64,000 bases of DNA from an uncultured bacterium. Its GTDB lineage: Bacteria > Patescibacteriota > Dojkabacteria > SC72. Numbering within the stretch: position 1 is the first letter of the stretch; each line of letters opens with the position of its first letter. The stretch spans positions 58,875-122,874 of the forward strand of contig CAIVJR010000003.1 of assembly GCA_903906305.1 (NCBI GenBank), written 5' to 3'. This document shows positions 35,750 through 46,236 of the stretch, piece by piece. The notes under the pieces were generated by a model. That model had not been told where the DNA came from. It ran no database searches and was given only the letters and a program-made list of their open reading frames with translations. The position numbers and the translations under genes are program-made.

Positions 35750-38473
35750 ATGGCACTAGATTTTGAAATGCAACAAAAAACAATATGTGGATATCATAAA
35801 AAAGACACTGGCCGAGTTGGCATTATTGAAAAAAAATACCCAATACTTGAAAATGAAAATGAGGCTACATTTTTGGTTACTAGAGACCATTTTTTTTCAA
35901 TCTCAACCCAACAGATAGCTTCAGTAATTAAAAATTTCTTAAGATACAAAAAAGTACATGACATTATTCGTATACTCGCCAACATCATCATTGTCCCAGG
36001 TATCTTTGTAGCTGTTGGTTTCATTTTTAAATATGCAAATATTTTAGAGGACAGTTCATTCATCGTTCAGTTCATAGATTCAAAGTGGAGTGGAGTACTC
36101 TTTGGGTTATCAATACTTGGTGTCATAATTCTCTGGCATGACTTCTACGAAGAAAAGAGCCATCCTGTGCAATTGCCAATAGCTAAGAGAATATCTCCAA
36201 AAGAATTAGATGAAATCCGAGCTACAGGATTTAAATTTGGAAGATATGCTCACCTTGAGATAGTACATTTCACCAATCAAGAGACTCTAGAGATGCTCTG
36301 TACTTACACTAAGGATAATCACTTTTCCATATTTGAGCTTTACAAACATTTGCTTACGGATAATTTTGAAGTCCAGCAACTCATTAGAAGATCCGGAATT
36401 GAAATGGGTATTGAGGAGTTAGAAAAAGATTTCAAAGTAAATGCAGAGTCACTACCGCAGTATCACATTACGGCATACAGAAGTTTACTCACATATGCGG
36501 TTGAAGAAGCCTTGCTTACAGAAAGCAAAGAGGTTCAACCTCAACATATTTTCCTCGCAATAACCAGAATATTTCCTCAATTGCAAAAATTTCTACAAAC
36601 AAAAAATATTACAATCGATATATTAAGAGAAATATGTTTGTACAACAATAAGGTCATAAACAAGAAGAACAGAGCAAACTTCTTGGATATTAAAATTCCA
36701 TATTACAGAAGAGGGGGAATTTCAAAGCAATGGGTATTTGGATATACCTTCATACTCAGTCATTTTAGTAAAGATTTAACCCGTGTTGTTGCTGAAAGCC
36801 AGGATACATTTGGAATCGGACATGAAGAGGAAATTGAGAATTTGGTATCAGTCTTAGGAAAAATCTCGAACAAAAATGCCCTTCTCATTGGAGAAGCTGG
36901 TGTAGGGAAATCTAGTCTAATACTCGGCGTAGCACAAAGAATCAACACTGGGAATGTACCAATTCAATTAAAGGACAAACGCGTCGTTCAATTTGATGTT
37001 AATGGATTAATTGCACAAGCTTCAGGAGAGAAGAATATTGAACAACTCGTAATTAAGGCTATGGAAGAACTCGAAAATGCAGGGAACACAATCCTCTACA
37101 TCGATGAAATGCAGGAATTGATTCCTGCTAAGGCAGAAGAATCTGGCCAATCCATTGCAGGAATTATGCTTCCATACATAATGAACAGCAAATTCCCGAT
37201 TATAGGGACGATAAACTATGCTGATTATAAAAAGTATTTTTACAGTAATGAATCTCTTCGACAGAGCTTTAGTAATATTGAAGTTAAAGAAGTAAGCACG
37301 ACGGATACGTTGAAAATTCTTGAAACCAAAGTAGCCGAATTGGAATCCAACTTCTCCTGCTATATCACCTTCCCAGCTTTAGTAGCTTCTGTTGAATTAG
37401 CACAAAGATATATTAGAGACAGGAAATTACCAAGTAGTGCAGTACAAACCATTGAGGCTACATGTTCATGGGCACAATCAAACAATATTCCCAAAATTAC
37501 ATCAGAGCATGTTTCAAAGGCCATCTCTATTCAGAAGAACATAAATATTACGGAAATAGATCAAGAAGAAAGTAATCGATTGAGAAAATTAGAGGAAAAT
37601 ATTAAATCTAGAATTGTAGGACAAGACGAGGCTATCATTGCCATAACAGAAGCCCTGAGAAGAGCAAGGACAGATGTTAGGAGTGCAGACAAGCCAATTG
37701 GAACATTCTTGTTCATAGGGCCTACAGGTGTTGGTAAAACATACCTCGCCAAGGTAGTAGGTGAAGAATTCTTTGGGAACAAACAAGATATAATTAGAGT
37801 TGATATGTCTGAATATCAGGATGTATCAAGTATAGACAAGTTCTTAGGTTCATCTACACAAACCAATATCATGGGACAATCACAAATTACGTTGGTAGAC
37901 AGAGTTAAATCCAATCCATATACGGTTGTACTTTTTGATGAAATTGAAAAAGCCCATCCAGATATCCTAAACTTGTTCTTACAAATTTTTGACGAAGGAA
38001 GACTTACAAGTAGTGCAGGAGAAACTGTAGACTTCACAAATACAGTAATAATCTGTACAAGTAACATTGGAAGCCAAATTCTTCTAGAAGCACTTGAAAA
38101 AGATGCTTCACTTTGGGATGAAGCAAAAAATCGAGTATTGCTAGAATTAAGACAATATTTAAGACCTGAATTACTCAATCGTTTTGACAAAGTAATCGTA
38201 TTTGCACCACATGATATTAACAATCTAACTCAGATTTCAGAATTACTTCTCGCAGAATTAGCAAAGAGACTTGCTGACAAAGGTATGATCCTCAAATGGA
38301 ATAACCAGATACCAATGTTAGTTGCAAACAAATCAAATGAACCGGGAATGGGTGCCAGACCTATTAAAAGATACATACAAGATAGGATAGAAGGAGAAAT
38401 TGCAAAGGAAATCATAGAAGGAAATCTAAAATCTGGGGCAGAAATAAACATAAGAGAGAGCTGGATTATATAA
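35750..38473 (+). CDS. ClpA/ClpB-family double-AAA+ ATPase with an N-terminal membrane-anchoring region
   Basis: D1 Walker A LIGEAGVGKSSLILGVAQRI. D2 IVGQDEAI.AITEALRRARTDVRSADKPIGTFLFIGPTGVGKTYLAK, VVLFDEIEKAHPDILNLFLQIFDEGRLT and sensor-2 region RPELLNRFDKVIVF. Two hydrophobic helices near residues 70-125 (IIRILANIIIVPGIFVAVGFIF / VLFGLSILGVIILW). Confidence 0.85.
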   Translation: MALDFEMQQKTICGYHKKDTGRVGIIEKKYPILENENEATFLVTRDHFFSISTQQIASVIKNFLRYKKVHDIIRILANIIIVPGIFVAVGFIFKYANILEDSSFIVQFIDSKWSGVLFGLSILGVIILWHDFYEEKSHPVQLPIAKRISPKELDEIRATGFKFGRYAHLEIVHFTNQETLEMLCTYTKDNHFSIFELYKHLLTDNFEVQQLIRRSGIEMGIEELEKDFKVNAESLPQYHITAYRSLLTYAVEEALLTESKEVQPQHIFLAITRIFPQLQKFLQTKNITIDILREICLYNNKVINKKNRANFLDIKIPYYRRGGISKQWVFGYTFILSHFSKDLTRVVAESQDTFGIGHEEEIENLVSVLGKISNKNALLIGEAGVGKSSLILGVAQRINTGNVPIQLKDKRVVQFDVNGLIAQASGEKNIEQLVIKAMEELENAGNTILYIDEMQELIPAKAEESGQSIAGIMLPYIMNSKFPIIGTINYADYKKYFYSNESLRQSFSNIEVKEVSTTDTLKILETKVAELESNFSCYITFPALVASVELAQRYIRDRKLPSSAVQTIEATCSWAQSNNIPKITSEHVSKAISIQKNINITEIDQEESNRLRKLEENIKSRIVGQDEAIIAITEALRRARTDVRSADKPIGTFLFIGPTGVGKTYLAKVVGEEFFGNKQDIIRVDMSEYQDVSSIDKFLGSSTQTNIMGQSQITLVDRVKSNPYTVVLFDEIEKAHPDILNLFLQIFDEGRLTSSAGETVDFTNTVIICTSNIGSQILLEALEKDASLWDEAKNRVLLELRQYLRPELLNRFDKVIVFAPHDINNLTQISELLLAELAKRLADKGMILKWNNQIPMLVANKSNEPGMGARPIKRYIQDRIEGEIAKEIIEGNLKSGAEINIRESWII

Positions 38474-38536
38474 GCTGTTGAAAAAGAGCAATATATCGAA
38501 TATAATCCAAGATTGATAATATAAATATTTAAAGCA

Positions 38537-38716
38537 ATGGGAGCACTTCCAAAAAGAAAAATTTCAAGTAGCGTACGTGGACAAAGACGATCACACAATG
38601 CACTTAAAGTTACAGGTATGTCAAAATGTCCAAAATGCGGAAACGTAAAACGAGCACATTTTGCATGTCCATCATGTGGTTTTTACAAAGAAAAGAAAGA
38701 AACTAAAAAATCATAA
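38537..38716 (+). CDS. rpmF: 50S ribosomal protein L32 (zinc-ribbon type)
   Basis: 59-aa ORF not in the supplied track: MGALPKRKISSSVRGQRRSHNALK...CPKCG...HFACPSCGFY. L32 N-terminus plus CxxC...CxxC. Confidence 0.85.
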   Translation: MGALPKRKISSSVRGQRRSHNALKVTGMSKCPKCGNVKRAHFACPSCGFYKEKKETKKS

Positions 38717-38722
38717 TAATAT

Positions 38723-39157
38723 ATGAAAAGAGCATCTGACCCAAGGCACTTAGCGAGAATTCTTGCATTACAAAGACTATTTTCAAGTTACTTCAACAGT
38801 GGAAATCAAGACGTAGCTGAAATCCCTGTGGAGCAATTAATCGAATTAGATGAAATAGAGGAGTACAATCTTGAGCTTTTCAATGGAATCGTTGATGGTG
38901 TTAATAGTCAAAAGGAAGAGATAGATAACCTCATTACTAAATATGCACCACAATGGCCAATCTCACAGATGAAGTTAGTTGACTTACAGATACTAAGAAT
39001 AGCAATATTTGAAGGATTTGTAGGGAAGAAGACTCCACCTAAGGTAGCTATTGATGAAGCTATTGAGATTGCAAAGGATTTTGGGGGAGACACCAGTGGC
39101 AAATTTGTGAATGGTGTTCTCGGAGCAATATATGAAGAAGCAAAGAAAGATGAATAA
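38723..39157 (+). CDS. nusB: Transcription antitermination factor NusB
   Basis: [13 protein letters not shown] and [24 protein letters not shown] are NusB family motifs. Confidence 0.85.
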   Translation: MKRASDPRHLARILALQRLFSSYFNSGNQDVAEIPVEQLIELDEIEEYNLELFNGIVDGVNSQKEEIDNLITKYAPQWPISQMKLVDLQILRIAIFEGFVGKKTPPKVAIDEAIEIAKDFGGDTSGKFVNGVLGAIYEEAKKDE

Positions 39158-39857
39158 TTACGAAGAAATAGAAGCAAAATTAGGGATAGTGTTTAAGGAT
39201 AAAAGTCTCTTGGATAATGCTTTGACACATAGATCATACTTAAATGAACATCGGGAAATAGCACTTCAGAATAACGAAAGAATAGAATTTCTTGGAGATG
39301 CAGTATTGGAGCTTTTGATATCAACATATCTTTACAGTAAATATCCTGAAAAGCCAGAAGGTGAATTAACCAATATTAGAGCTGCTGTTGTAAGAACAGA
39401 GAGCTTGGCAGAAGAATCAAGAAATCTAGGCTTAGGTGAACACTTAAGAATGTCAAAAGGTGAAAAGGAATCTGGTGGACGAGACAAGGACTATCTTTTA
39501 GCAAATACCTTCGAGGCTATCCTAGGAGCAATATATCAAGACCAAGGTTTAGATGTATGTAGAGACTACATTGAGAGGACTCTTCTTAGAAAGGTCGATG
39601 GTATTGTTGAAAACAATCTCTTCATTGATCCAAAAACTCAGGCTCAAGAAATCATACAGGCAACATTCAAAGTAACTCCAATATATGAAGTTGTTAAGCA
39701 GGAAGGACCTGACCATGACAAAATATTTACTGTAGCATTGAAGATAAATAACAAGCAGATCGCAGTTGGTACAGGTTCTAGTAAGCAGAAAGCTGAGGAA
39801 GATGCGGCTAAGGCAACAGTAGAAATATTAAATAAACAAGGAAAAACCTTGAATTAA
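39150..39857 (+). CDS. rnc: Ribonuclease III
   Basis: ALTHRSY...[17 protein letters not shown] (RNase III signature) and a C-terminal dsRBD ([16 protein letters not shown]). The start is taken at MNNYEE, overlapping the nusB stop (ATGAATAA). Confidence 0.9.
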   Translation: MNNYEEIEAKLGIVFKDKSLLDNALTHRSYLNEHREIALQNNERIEFLGDAVLELLISTYLYSKYPEKPEGELTNIRAAVVRTESLAEESRNLGLGEHLRMSKGEKESGGRDKDYLLANTFEAILGAIYQDQGLDVCRDYIERTLLRKVDGIVENNLFIDPKTQAQEIIQATFKVTPIYEVVKQEGPDHDKIFTVALKINNKQIAVGTGSSKQKAEEDAAKATVEILNKQGKTLN

Positions 39858-39884
39858 TCTGATTCATTTGATAGAATTCCCATT

Positions 39885-40184
39885 ATGTTAAAAATAAGAC
39901 TAAAAAGAACAGGTAGAAGAGCTCAACCACATTACAAGATTGTTGTCATGCAAGACAGCAAACCTAGAGATGGAAAAGCTATTGCAGAGATTGGATATTA
40001 TAATCCAAGAAATAATCCAACTACATTTGAAGTAGATAAAGAAGAGGCAGCTAAATGGCTCAAAAGTGGTGCACAACCATCTGACACTATAGCTCAGTAT
40101 TTCGTAAAGCTAGGCCTGATTAAGGCCCTCAAAAGAGGCTCTACAAAGCCAAGTACAGAAAAGAAGACAAAAGAAGAAAAATAG
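39885..40184 (+). CDS. rpsP: 30S ribosomal protein S16
   Basis: MLKIRLKRTGRRAQPHYKIVVMQDSKPRDGKAIAEIGYYNP is the S16 signature. Confidence 0.92.
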   Translation: MLKIRLKRTGRRAQPHYKIVVMQDSKPRDGKAIAEIGYYNPRNNPTTFEVDKEEAAKWLKSGAQPSDTIAQYFVKLGLIKALKRGSTKPSTEKKTKEEK

Positions 40185-40227
40185 TTGTATAATAATTCAA
40201 AGTATTTTAATTATTTTGAATACATAA

Positions 40228-40566
40228 ATGAAAGAGCTCCTAGATCACATTGTTAAGTCTATCGTAAATCATCCAGATAGTGTTGTTATTGAAGAAAAAG
40301 AAAGTCAAGACTTTCCTGGTTTAATTATCCTTACTATTGATGTTGCTGAAGATGACAAAGGTGTTGTAATTGGAAGAAAAGGTAGAACAATAAATGCTAT
40401 CAGAGACTTGATAACTATCCACGCTATCAGAAATGATAAAAGAGTTAAGGTATTGATCAAGGATGATAAGGCAGGACATAGAGATGATACTGAAGCTCCA
40501 AAACAAGAAGAAGAGCAACAGGTAACAACCTCTGATAATGATAATATGCTTTATGATGAAATCTAG
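40228..40566 (+). CDS. KH-domain RNA-binding protein (YlqC/UPF0109-like), conserved partner of rpsP
   Basis: VIGRKGRTINAIRDL (KH GxxG loop). Positioned directly after rpsP. Confidence 0.8.
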   Translation: MKELLDHIVKSIVNHPDSVVIEEKESQDFPGLIILTIDVAEDDKGVVIGRKGRTINAIRDLITIHAIRNDKRVKVLIKDDKAGHRDDTEAPKQEEEQQVTTSDNDNMLYDEI

Positions 40567-41279
40567 TCTAACTGACTAGCTTTTGTTTCAAATATCTTCA
40601 CGATATCTGTGAATTTGCTATACGGTGTAAATGTAGAATACACATCTGCGCTTGATGCTGATACTGGGACATAATATCCTGTAACCGAAAGACTTATCTT
40701 CCATACGCTATTGAACGCTTCTAAATCTAAATTTTCAATTGTAATAATGTAAGGAGATGCCGAATAGAGACTGTTCAAAAAATCTAGTGCATTATTTAAT
40801 GAGCCCTCGTACGCTAAAGGTCCACTTACACCTAATATGTAATTCCCTTCACTAGTCTCACCTTTTGTATTTATTTTAATATCTCCCGCAGAAATTTCCG
40901 ATGATGAAAGACCTTTCTCAGAAGCGAGATTATCGATATAGTACATGAAGCTTGATACCTTTAATGTATTTGGAATTACCTTTTGGGCATTTATGAGATC
41001 ACTTTGAAGAATTCCCTCATCCATAGCATTCAAAGTCTTTTCTAATTCTGAGAGTTGCTTTTCTTTCTGAACTATAGTTGCGTGCTCCGCTTGAAATGAT
41101 ATCGCTTTTTTTATCATCGGAACAAACACAAATACACCCAATATTACAAGAACAACGACAACAAGAATAGGAATTATAATATCAGATATCTTAAGCTTTG
41201 TTTTCTTCATTCTATCGCTTACTGCATCTATCTCTTTTTTTGTTTTTGTTGCATTGATTGCATTAGTAACTATTGGCAT
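40563..41279 (-). CDS. pilO: Type IV pilus assembly protein PilO-like
   Basis: Single N-terminal TM (IIPILVVVVLVILGVFVFVPMI), coiled-coil, then a periplasmic-type domain. Third gene of a pilM-pilN-pilO-like series. Confidence 0.6.
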   Translation of the reverse strand: MPIVTNAINATKTKKEIDAVSDRMKKTKLKISDIIIPILVVVVLVILGVFVFVPMIKKAISFQAEHATIVQKEKQLSELEKTLNAMDEGILQSDLINAQKVIPNTLKVSSFMYYIDNLASEKGLSSSEISAGDIKINTKGETSEGNYILGVSGPLAYEGSLNNALDFLNSLYSASPYIITIENLDLEAFNSVWKISLSVTGYYVPVSASSADVYSTFTPYSKFTDIVKIFETKASQLD

Positions 41280-41281
41280 AT

Positions 41282-41983
41282 CTAATTATTGGTAGAACTT
41301 AAAAATTCCTTTAGGATAAGTTTTCCTTTGAATATAAAACGTATGTAATTCCCATTATTTCCAACTGATTGTAGAGTAACAGTATCCATCTTTGGATCAT
41401 TGCTTAACAGATACCAAAACTTTGAAACATTTTCCATATCTGTCGATCTTCCTTCAATTGTGAATAACAGGTCCTGTCCCAATGAAAAAGTGCTAACCGT
41501 TGAAGTTCCACTTTTTAAAGCAATGCTATTAATGTAATCAACAACGCTTTTAGGAGAATATGTCTCTGAAAGCACACGATTATATAGCTGAATTCTTTCT
41601 GTAATTTCATTACTTGCAATCATCTTTTGAGTCATTTTCGTTACTTGAGTTTCGTATGTGCTTAGTTTGGCTTTTTCATTATTTAATGCCATTCTAGATA
41701 CAATATTAAATCCTACAATCAATATTGAAACTATAACGAGTATTAAAAGACTTACAATAGATCCGACATTGAGCTTCTTTTTCTTTTCAGCAACGACAAC
41801 TTCTTCTTTAGAAAGGGTAGGTATCAAATTAACTCCTTTTTCTGCCATTATATTTTCATAACCTGGCTTTGGAGCTTCGTTCTTTGGCATTGGTGGGGGA
41901 GTAATAGGTTGCTCTACTTTGACGGGAGATTTTTGCTCAACAACTTTTTTTTGTATATTTTTAACCTCAGGTTCGTTATTCAT
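41282..41983 (-). CDS. pilN: Type IV pilus assembly protein PilN-like
   Basis: Short cytoplasmic N-terminus, TM (IVSLLILVIVSILIVGFNIV), coiled-coil. Sits directly after pilM, overlapping it by 8 nt. Confidence 0.6.
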   Translation of the reverse strand: MNNEPEVKNIQKKVVEQKSPVKVEQPITPPPMPKNEAPKPGYENIMAEKGVNLIPTLSKEEVVVAEKKKKLNVGSIVSLLILVIVSILIVGFNIVSRMALNNEKAKLSTYETQVTKMTQKMIASNEITERIQLYNRVLSETYSPKSVVDYINSIALKSGTSTVSTFSLGQDLLFTIEGRSTDMENVSKFWYLLSNDPKMDTVTLQSVGNNGNYIRFIFKGKLILKEFLSSTNN

Positions 41984-43007
41984 CTTTTAGTGCTAAACCA
42001 ATAGCTACAGAGTATGAGGGGCCACTCTTAGCTATGATATCTTTAAATTTATTATCTATTCCGATAGAGTTCCATGGAGTAGCAATAGAGACATTTACAC
42101 CCAAACTCTTAGCAACATATTCCATTAAACCTGGAAGAAGAGCACCATCTCCGTTCAATATATAGTCCATAGGTGCTGCAACTAATGTTTTGTTCTTGTA
42201 GAATTCAATTCCTCTTCTAACTTCAACCAATATAGATTCAACGATAGGGGAGAGAACATTGTAGATCTTCCCTTCTAAAACGTTTTCTACAACACCATAG
42301 TTTCGCTTAAATTCTTCAGCTCTTGAATACTCAAAATTGAATTTATTAACTATTGATTGAGTCAAAGAGTCAGAACCAATCGCAATACTTTGAGAGAATA
42401 CTAAGTATCCCTCAGAAAGAATGCTCATATCTGTACTATTTGCTCCAAAGTCTAGCATTACTAAATCTTTTTTCTTTGTAGCACGATACATTGCTCTTCC
42501 CATTGCAACTGATTCTGTCTCTATAGCTGCAAGTTCTAACCCTGCATTCATAGCAACATTGATATATATATCAATAATTTTTCTTGGGGCAGCAACAAGA
42601 AGCACTCGTGGTGCATTCTTTTCCTGATTAAACCCAATGGTTATATAACTAAGTTGAACCTCATCAAGAGGCATTGGAATATATTGTTTTGCTTCGAAAT
42701 ATACTGCATCTTTTAATTCTTCAAGCTTTACACCTGGAAATTCTAAAAATCTAGTAAAAACTGAAAATTCTGGTAAAGCCATAACAACTGACTTATTCCT
42801 TATCTTTGATGAGTCGTACAATTTCTTTAGTACATCGGCGAGTTTGGTTTGATCTGCTTTATCTTCACTGTTTATAACACCTCTTGGTGTAATTTGAGAT
42901 CCAAGATTTACAAGCTCTGGAGTATCAGAGGATATGTTTTTTAACTCAACAGCTTTTACTGAGTGAGTACCAAAGTCTATACCTACATGGTCGGGCAACT
43001 TAGCCAT
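41976..43007 (-). CDS. pilM: Type IV pilus assembly ATPase-like protein PilM (actin-like fold)
   Basis: VGIDFGTHSVKAVEL...LDFGANSTDMSI...LNGDGALLPGL is the PilM/FtsA-like pattern. Confidence 0.8.
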   Translation of the reverse strand: MAKLPDHVGIDFGTHSVKAVELKNISSDTPELVNLGSQITPRGVINSEDKADQTKLADVLKKLYDSSKIRNKSVVMALPEFSVFTRFLEFPGVKLEELKDAVYFEAKQYIPMPLDEVQLSYITIGFNQEKNAPRVLLVAAPRKIIDIYINVAMNAGLELAAIETESVAMGRAMYRATKKKDLVMLDFGANSTDMSILSEGYLVFSQSIAIGSDSLTQSIVNKFNFEYSRAEEFKRNYGVVENVLEGKIYNVLSPIVESILVEVRRGIEFYKNKTLVAAPMDYILNGDGALLPGLMEYVAKSLGVNVSIATPWNSIGIDNKFKDIIAKSGPSYSVAIGLALKDE

Positions 43008-43079
43008 ATTGAGCAGTTTATCTAAGTTTAACTTTTAATATTTATATATAATAGCAAAAAAAGAGTAGGGCAACAAAAA

Positions 43080-43460
43080 TTATTCTCCTAAATATTTATT
43101 TAGTTCCTTTATTAATCCTTCATAGTCAATATCTGTCTTTACAAGGTAAGAAGAAGCGCCTAAATCGAAGGCTTCTTTTATAACCGCATCGCTTGTCATA
43201 TTCGTTAAGACAACAACAGGAACATTTCCATATTTGTCCGAATTTGCTTTTACAGCTCTCAGAACTTCTAATCCATCAACGCCTGGCATCATTAGATCAA
43301 GCAACAGAAGCCCTACAGTACCTATTTGCTGCGACAAAACATCCAAGCCATGATATCCGTCGGTTGCAGTTAAACAAACATAACCAGCTGTTTCTACGAG
43401 CTCCTTATATGAATCTAACAACTGCTTATCATCCTCAACTATTAATATTGTTTTTGTCAT
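43080..43460 (-). CDS. Single-domain CheY-like response regulator
   Basis: ILIVEDD, LLLLDLMMPGVDG (phospho-Asp), VVVLTNM and YLVKT (Lys). The start is taken at the internal Met MTKTIL; the longer ORF reaches 43514. Confidence 0.8.
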   Translation of the reverse strand: MTKTILIVEDDKQLLDSYKELVETAGYVCLTATDGYHGLDVLSQQIGTVGLLLLDLMMPGVDGLEVLRAVKANSDKYGNVPVVVLTNMTSDAVIKEAFDLGASSYLVKTDIDYEGLIKELNKYLGE

Positions 43461-43564
43461 ACTAAAAATATAATAAATTAATAATACCCATATACTCGTA
43501 TACAGTATAATCAAATATTCGTGTATATGTTAAGTATCCAAAATCATCCTATTTTTTTCTTTCT

Positions 43565-44278
43565 CTACCACACTATTCCCTCAGTTGAAACAACTGCTTG
43601 CCTATGAACAATTTTCTTCACAGGGGCACCTTCTGCAAGATACCACTGGGTTGGTTCCGCTTCTATATCAAATCTTATTAAGTAATTAGAATCTTTTAAT
43701 ACTGTATATGCAATATCAAAGCTTTTTATATTAACAACCTCAGAGTTAAGCGCTATTACATATTTGCTAGCATCTTCATCAAAACATGTTTGCTGTTGAT
43801 CAATGAGGTTTTGCGCAGAGGTCTTTAATATATATCCCATCTCTGGATCATTTGTAGATTTAAAATATCCTATGCATACCCAACTTTCATATCCATACGG
43901 TCTAAAATGAATTTCATTTCCAACGGCATTTGCTAATTTGGGGGTATTGTATGCTTCTAAAAGTAGAGGATCTATGGGTGATCCGTTAGTATTTACAACA
44001 ATGTTTTCCTCTGGATCATACTTCCTCACATCACTAGAACCAAATACGTAAACATCTGATGGATTTGAGTTTCGTACAGTTCTTCTAACAAGTTCCAGTA
44101 CGAATTCGCTCTCAGATCTTACTCTTGTTTTGTTACTTGATACCGTAGATATTTTTATCAGTGTTGTGAGAGTAGAAGAGGCGGTGAGCATAACTACTCC
44201 CATGATTACAATTGTAATTAACATTTCTACAAGACTAAACCCCTCATATTTTTCTTTTTTATTGAAAAGGTTCATCAT
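43565..44278 (-). CDS. Prepilin-type (class III signal) pilin-like protein
   Basis: N-terminal GFSLVEMLITIVIMGVV prepilin cleavage/methylation motif. Confidence 0.7.
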   Translation of the reverse strand: MMNLFNKKEKYEGFSLVEMLITIVIMGVVMLTASSTLTTLIKISTVSSNKTRVRSESEFVLELVRRTVRNSNPSDVYVFGSSDVRKYDPEENIVVNTNGSPIDPLLLEAYNTPKLANAVGNEIHFRPYGYESWVCIGYFKSTNDPEMGYILKTSAQNLIDQQQTCFDEDASKYVIALNSEVVNIKSFDIAYTVLKDSNYLIRFDIEAEPTQWYLAEGAPVKKIVHRQAVVSTEGIVW

Positions 44279-44841
44279 AAGTTAACAACAGTAAAATATG
44301 TATAATCTTTTACGCTATACCCCTTAGTGATACTTTCTCCCTCTACGATTGTTTGATTAACAGTTGATTGACCAACAACAACCTTCACAATAACGTAGTT
44401 GGAAGTAATGTCATAGCTTTCTATACAAAAAATTCTAAAATACAAATTGTCAGCATCTTCAGGAACCAATGCCTCCGTCTTATACTGTCCTCTTACGATT
44501 GGATCATATGTGTACGTAACCAGTTCCTGTGCATTTTTTCTAATTAAATACTGATCATCGCTATCCTTGTCTATTACATAACAATTATTTGTATCTCCTA
44601 GAGGATTTGGAAAAACATCTTCACCTGTTAACTTCTCTTGCATAGCAACATTTTGAGCCATAGTAGCACCCTCTACCGCATACTGGGTCATTGTATCTAT
44701 AGTTTCATTTTGGATCATATCCTGTAAGGTCTTAGTGGCAATTTGCATTAATACGACAGAGGATGCTCCAACTACCATAATAGCTATTAAAGCCTCTACA
44801 AAACCCATACCTTCATATTTTGATTCTAGTGTTATTTTCAT
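44275..44841 (-). CDS. Prepilin-type pilin-like protein
   Basis: N-terminal GMGFVEALIAIMVVG motif. Confidence 0.65.
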   Translation of the reverse strand: MKITLESKYEGMGFVEALIAIMVVGASSVVLMQIATKTLQDMIQNETIDTMTQYAVEGATMAQNVAMQEKLTGEDVFPNPLGDTNNCYVIDKDSDDQYLIRKNAQELVTYTYDPIVRGQYKTEALVPEDADNLYFRIFCIESYDITSNYVIVKVVVGQSTVNQTIVEGESITKGYSVKDYTYFTVVNL

Positions 44842-45614
44842 TATTGAATTGATCTAGAATTAATTTTACCTGAGAGATTGCCAATTGTTATTACCCTCGA
44901 ATTAACATCACTATCTGGAACTATCGTTATCACAAAAGGAAGGGGATCATCTATTAGCCTTCCATTACTTGCATAGTTTAATAAAGCTCCATCATCATCA
45001 TAAAAGAATGTTCTTCCTGATACAGATTCGAAGATCACATATCTTGGTGTTGATCCATCTATTGGGCTAATTGTGATTGTAGATTTTGGTGTTTTTGTTG
45101 ACTTATCATATCCAGAAAGTACACTAAGGGATGAGGAACTTCCCGATGCACATGACGATCCTATGGAATTTTCAACATTCATGTATCCATTTCTTTCATT
45201 TGGAAATCCTGAGATTGGAGAACCTAGATTTAAAAGCGCAGATGGGTTGTATGCCGGTAAGCTTGATTTAGTTAATATATCGCCATAGTCACCAAATGGG
45301 GAACACCATTTAAATACCGTATATTCACCATCATCTCCCATATCCCCGAAATCAAGTCCAAGTCCATATAACCATTTCTCACCTGAGTCTCTTTGCAAGA
45401 GCATAGCAGCTCTTTGAACAGATCGAACGTCTTGTTCTACAGTAAGTACATATTCATTCATCTTTACCGTATTTTGAAGTCCCCCAAAGGCGGAAAATGT
45501 CATAGCGCCAAGAATTGAGAAGATCGTTAAGACCACTAAAAGTTCCATCAAAGTATATGCAGAATATTTTTCTTTTGATCTTAAATTCAAGGCAGTATGT
45601 ATACAATTCAACAA
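44841..45614 (-). CDS. Prepilin-type pilin-like protein
   Basis: N-terminal AYTLMELLVVLTIFSILG motif. Confidence 0.65.
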   Translation of the reverse strand: MLNCIHTALNLRSKEKYSAYTLMELLVVLTIFSILGAMTFSAFGGLQNTVKMNEYVLTVEQDVRSVQRAAMLLQRDSGEKWLYGLGLDFGDMGDDGEYTVFKWCSPFGDYGDILTKSSLPAYNPSALLNLGSPISGFPNERNGYMNVENSIGSSCASGSSSSLSVLSGYDKSTKTPKSTITISPIDGSTPRYVIFESVSGRTFFYDDDGALLNYASNGRLIDDPLPFVITIVPDSDVNSRVITIGNLSGKINSRSIQ

Positions 45615-45642
45615 TTTAATTTAACACAGAAAGAGATTAGTA

Positions 45643-46224
45643 TCAATTATTCAAAGAAAAACCATCCTCGTTATGCCAATCTGAATTGTCCATACTTTTA
45701 ACAATAGTTCCTAATGGATCACCAGTAGATTGAGCACCTATTTCTGTATCTGTCACTGGGCTTATTTCCGGGAGAACACCAATACCATCTCCTGTGCAGT
45801 AGAATCCTCTTTCGTTTTCATCATCAATACCACCCAGCGATACACATACAACAACAAATCTTTGGTCTACACTATCAACAGCGTAATAGTAAGTAGCATC
45901 TGTACCACCATCAAAAATGGATCCATCATTAACATATTCCTTGAGAATGTAGTTATCAGGCGTTCCATTGTATCCCAGTGCATATGCGAAAAACTCTCTT
46001 TCTATACATCCATTACATGTTCCAAGTGCGGGGTAGGCACCATTAATATTTTTATATTTAAGAAGTGCTGTATATAGAATTTTGGCAGCATCTTTATGCT
46101 TTATATCTTGGCTCTTTTGAATGGCATAACGTCCAACCATTACACCAATTGATATGAGAACTATGAGAACTCCCATCACAATTAGCATTTCTACAAGCGT
46201 AAAAGCTTTATATCTTTTGATCAT
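45643..46224 (-). CDS. Type IV pilin (paralogue of the major pilin at 47057-47584)
   Basis: KAFTLVEMLIVMGVLIVL N-terminal motif. Shared internal blocks with the 47057 pilin (YTAL..Y, YYCTGDG vs YYCNGNS). Confidence 0.75.
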   Translation of the reverse strand: MIKRYKAFTLVEMLIVMGVLIVLISIGVMVGRYAIQKSQDIKHKDAAKILYTALLKYKNINGAYPALGTCNGCIEREFFAYALGYNGTPDNYILKEYVNDGSIFDGGTDATYYYAVDSVDQRFVVVCVSLGGIDDENERGFYCTGDGIGVLPEISPVTDTEIGAQSTGDPLGTIVKSMDNSDWHNEDGFSLNN

Positions 46225-46236
46225 GACTTAAATTTA

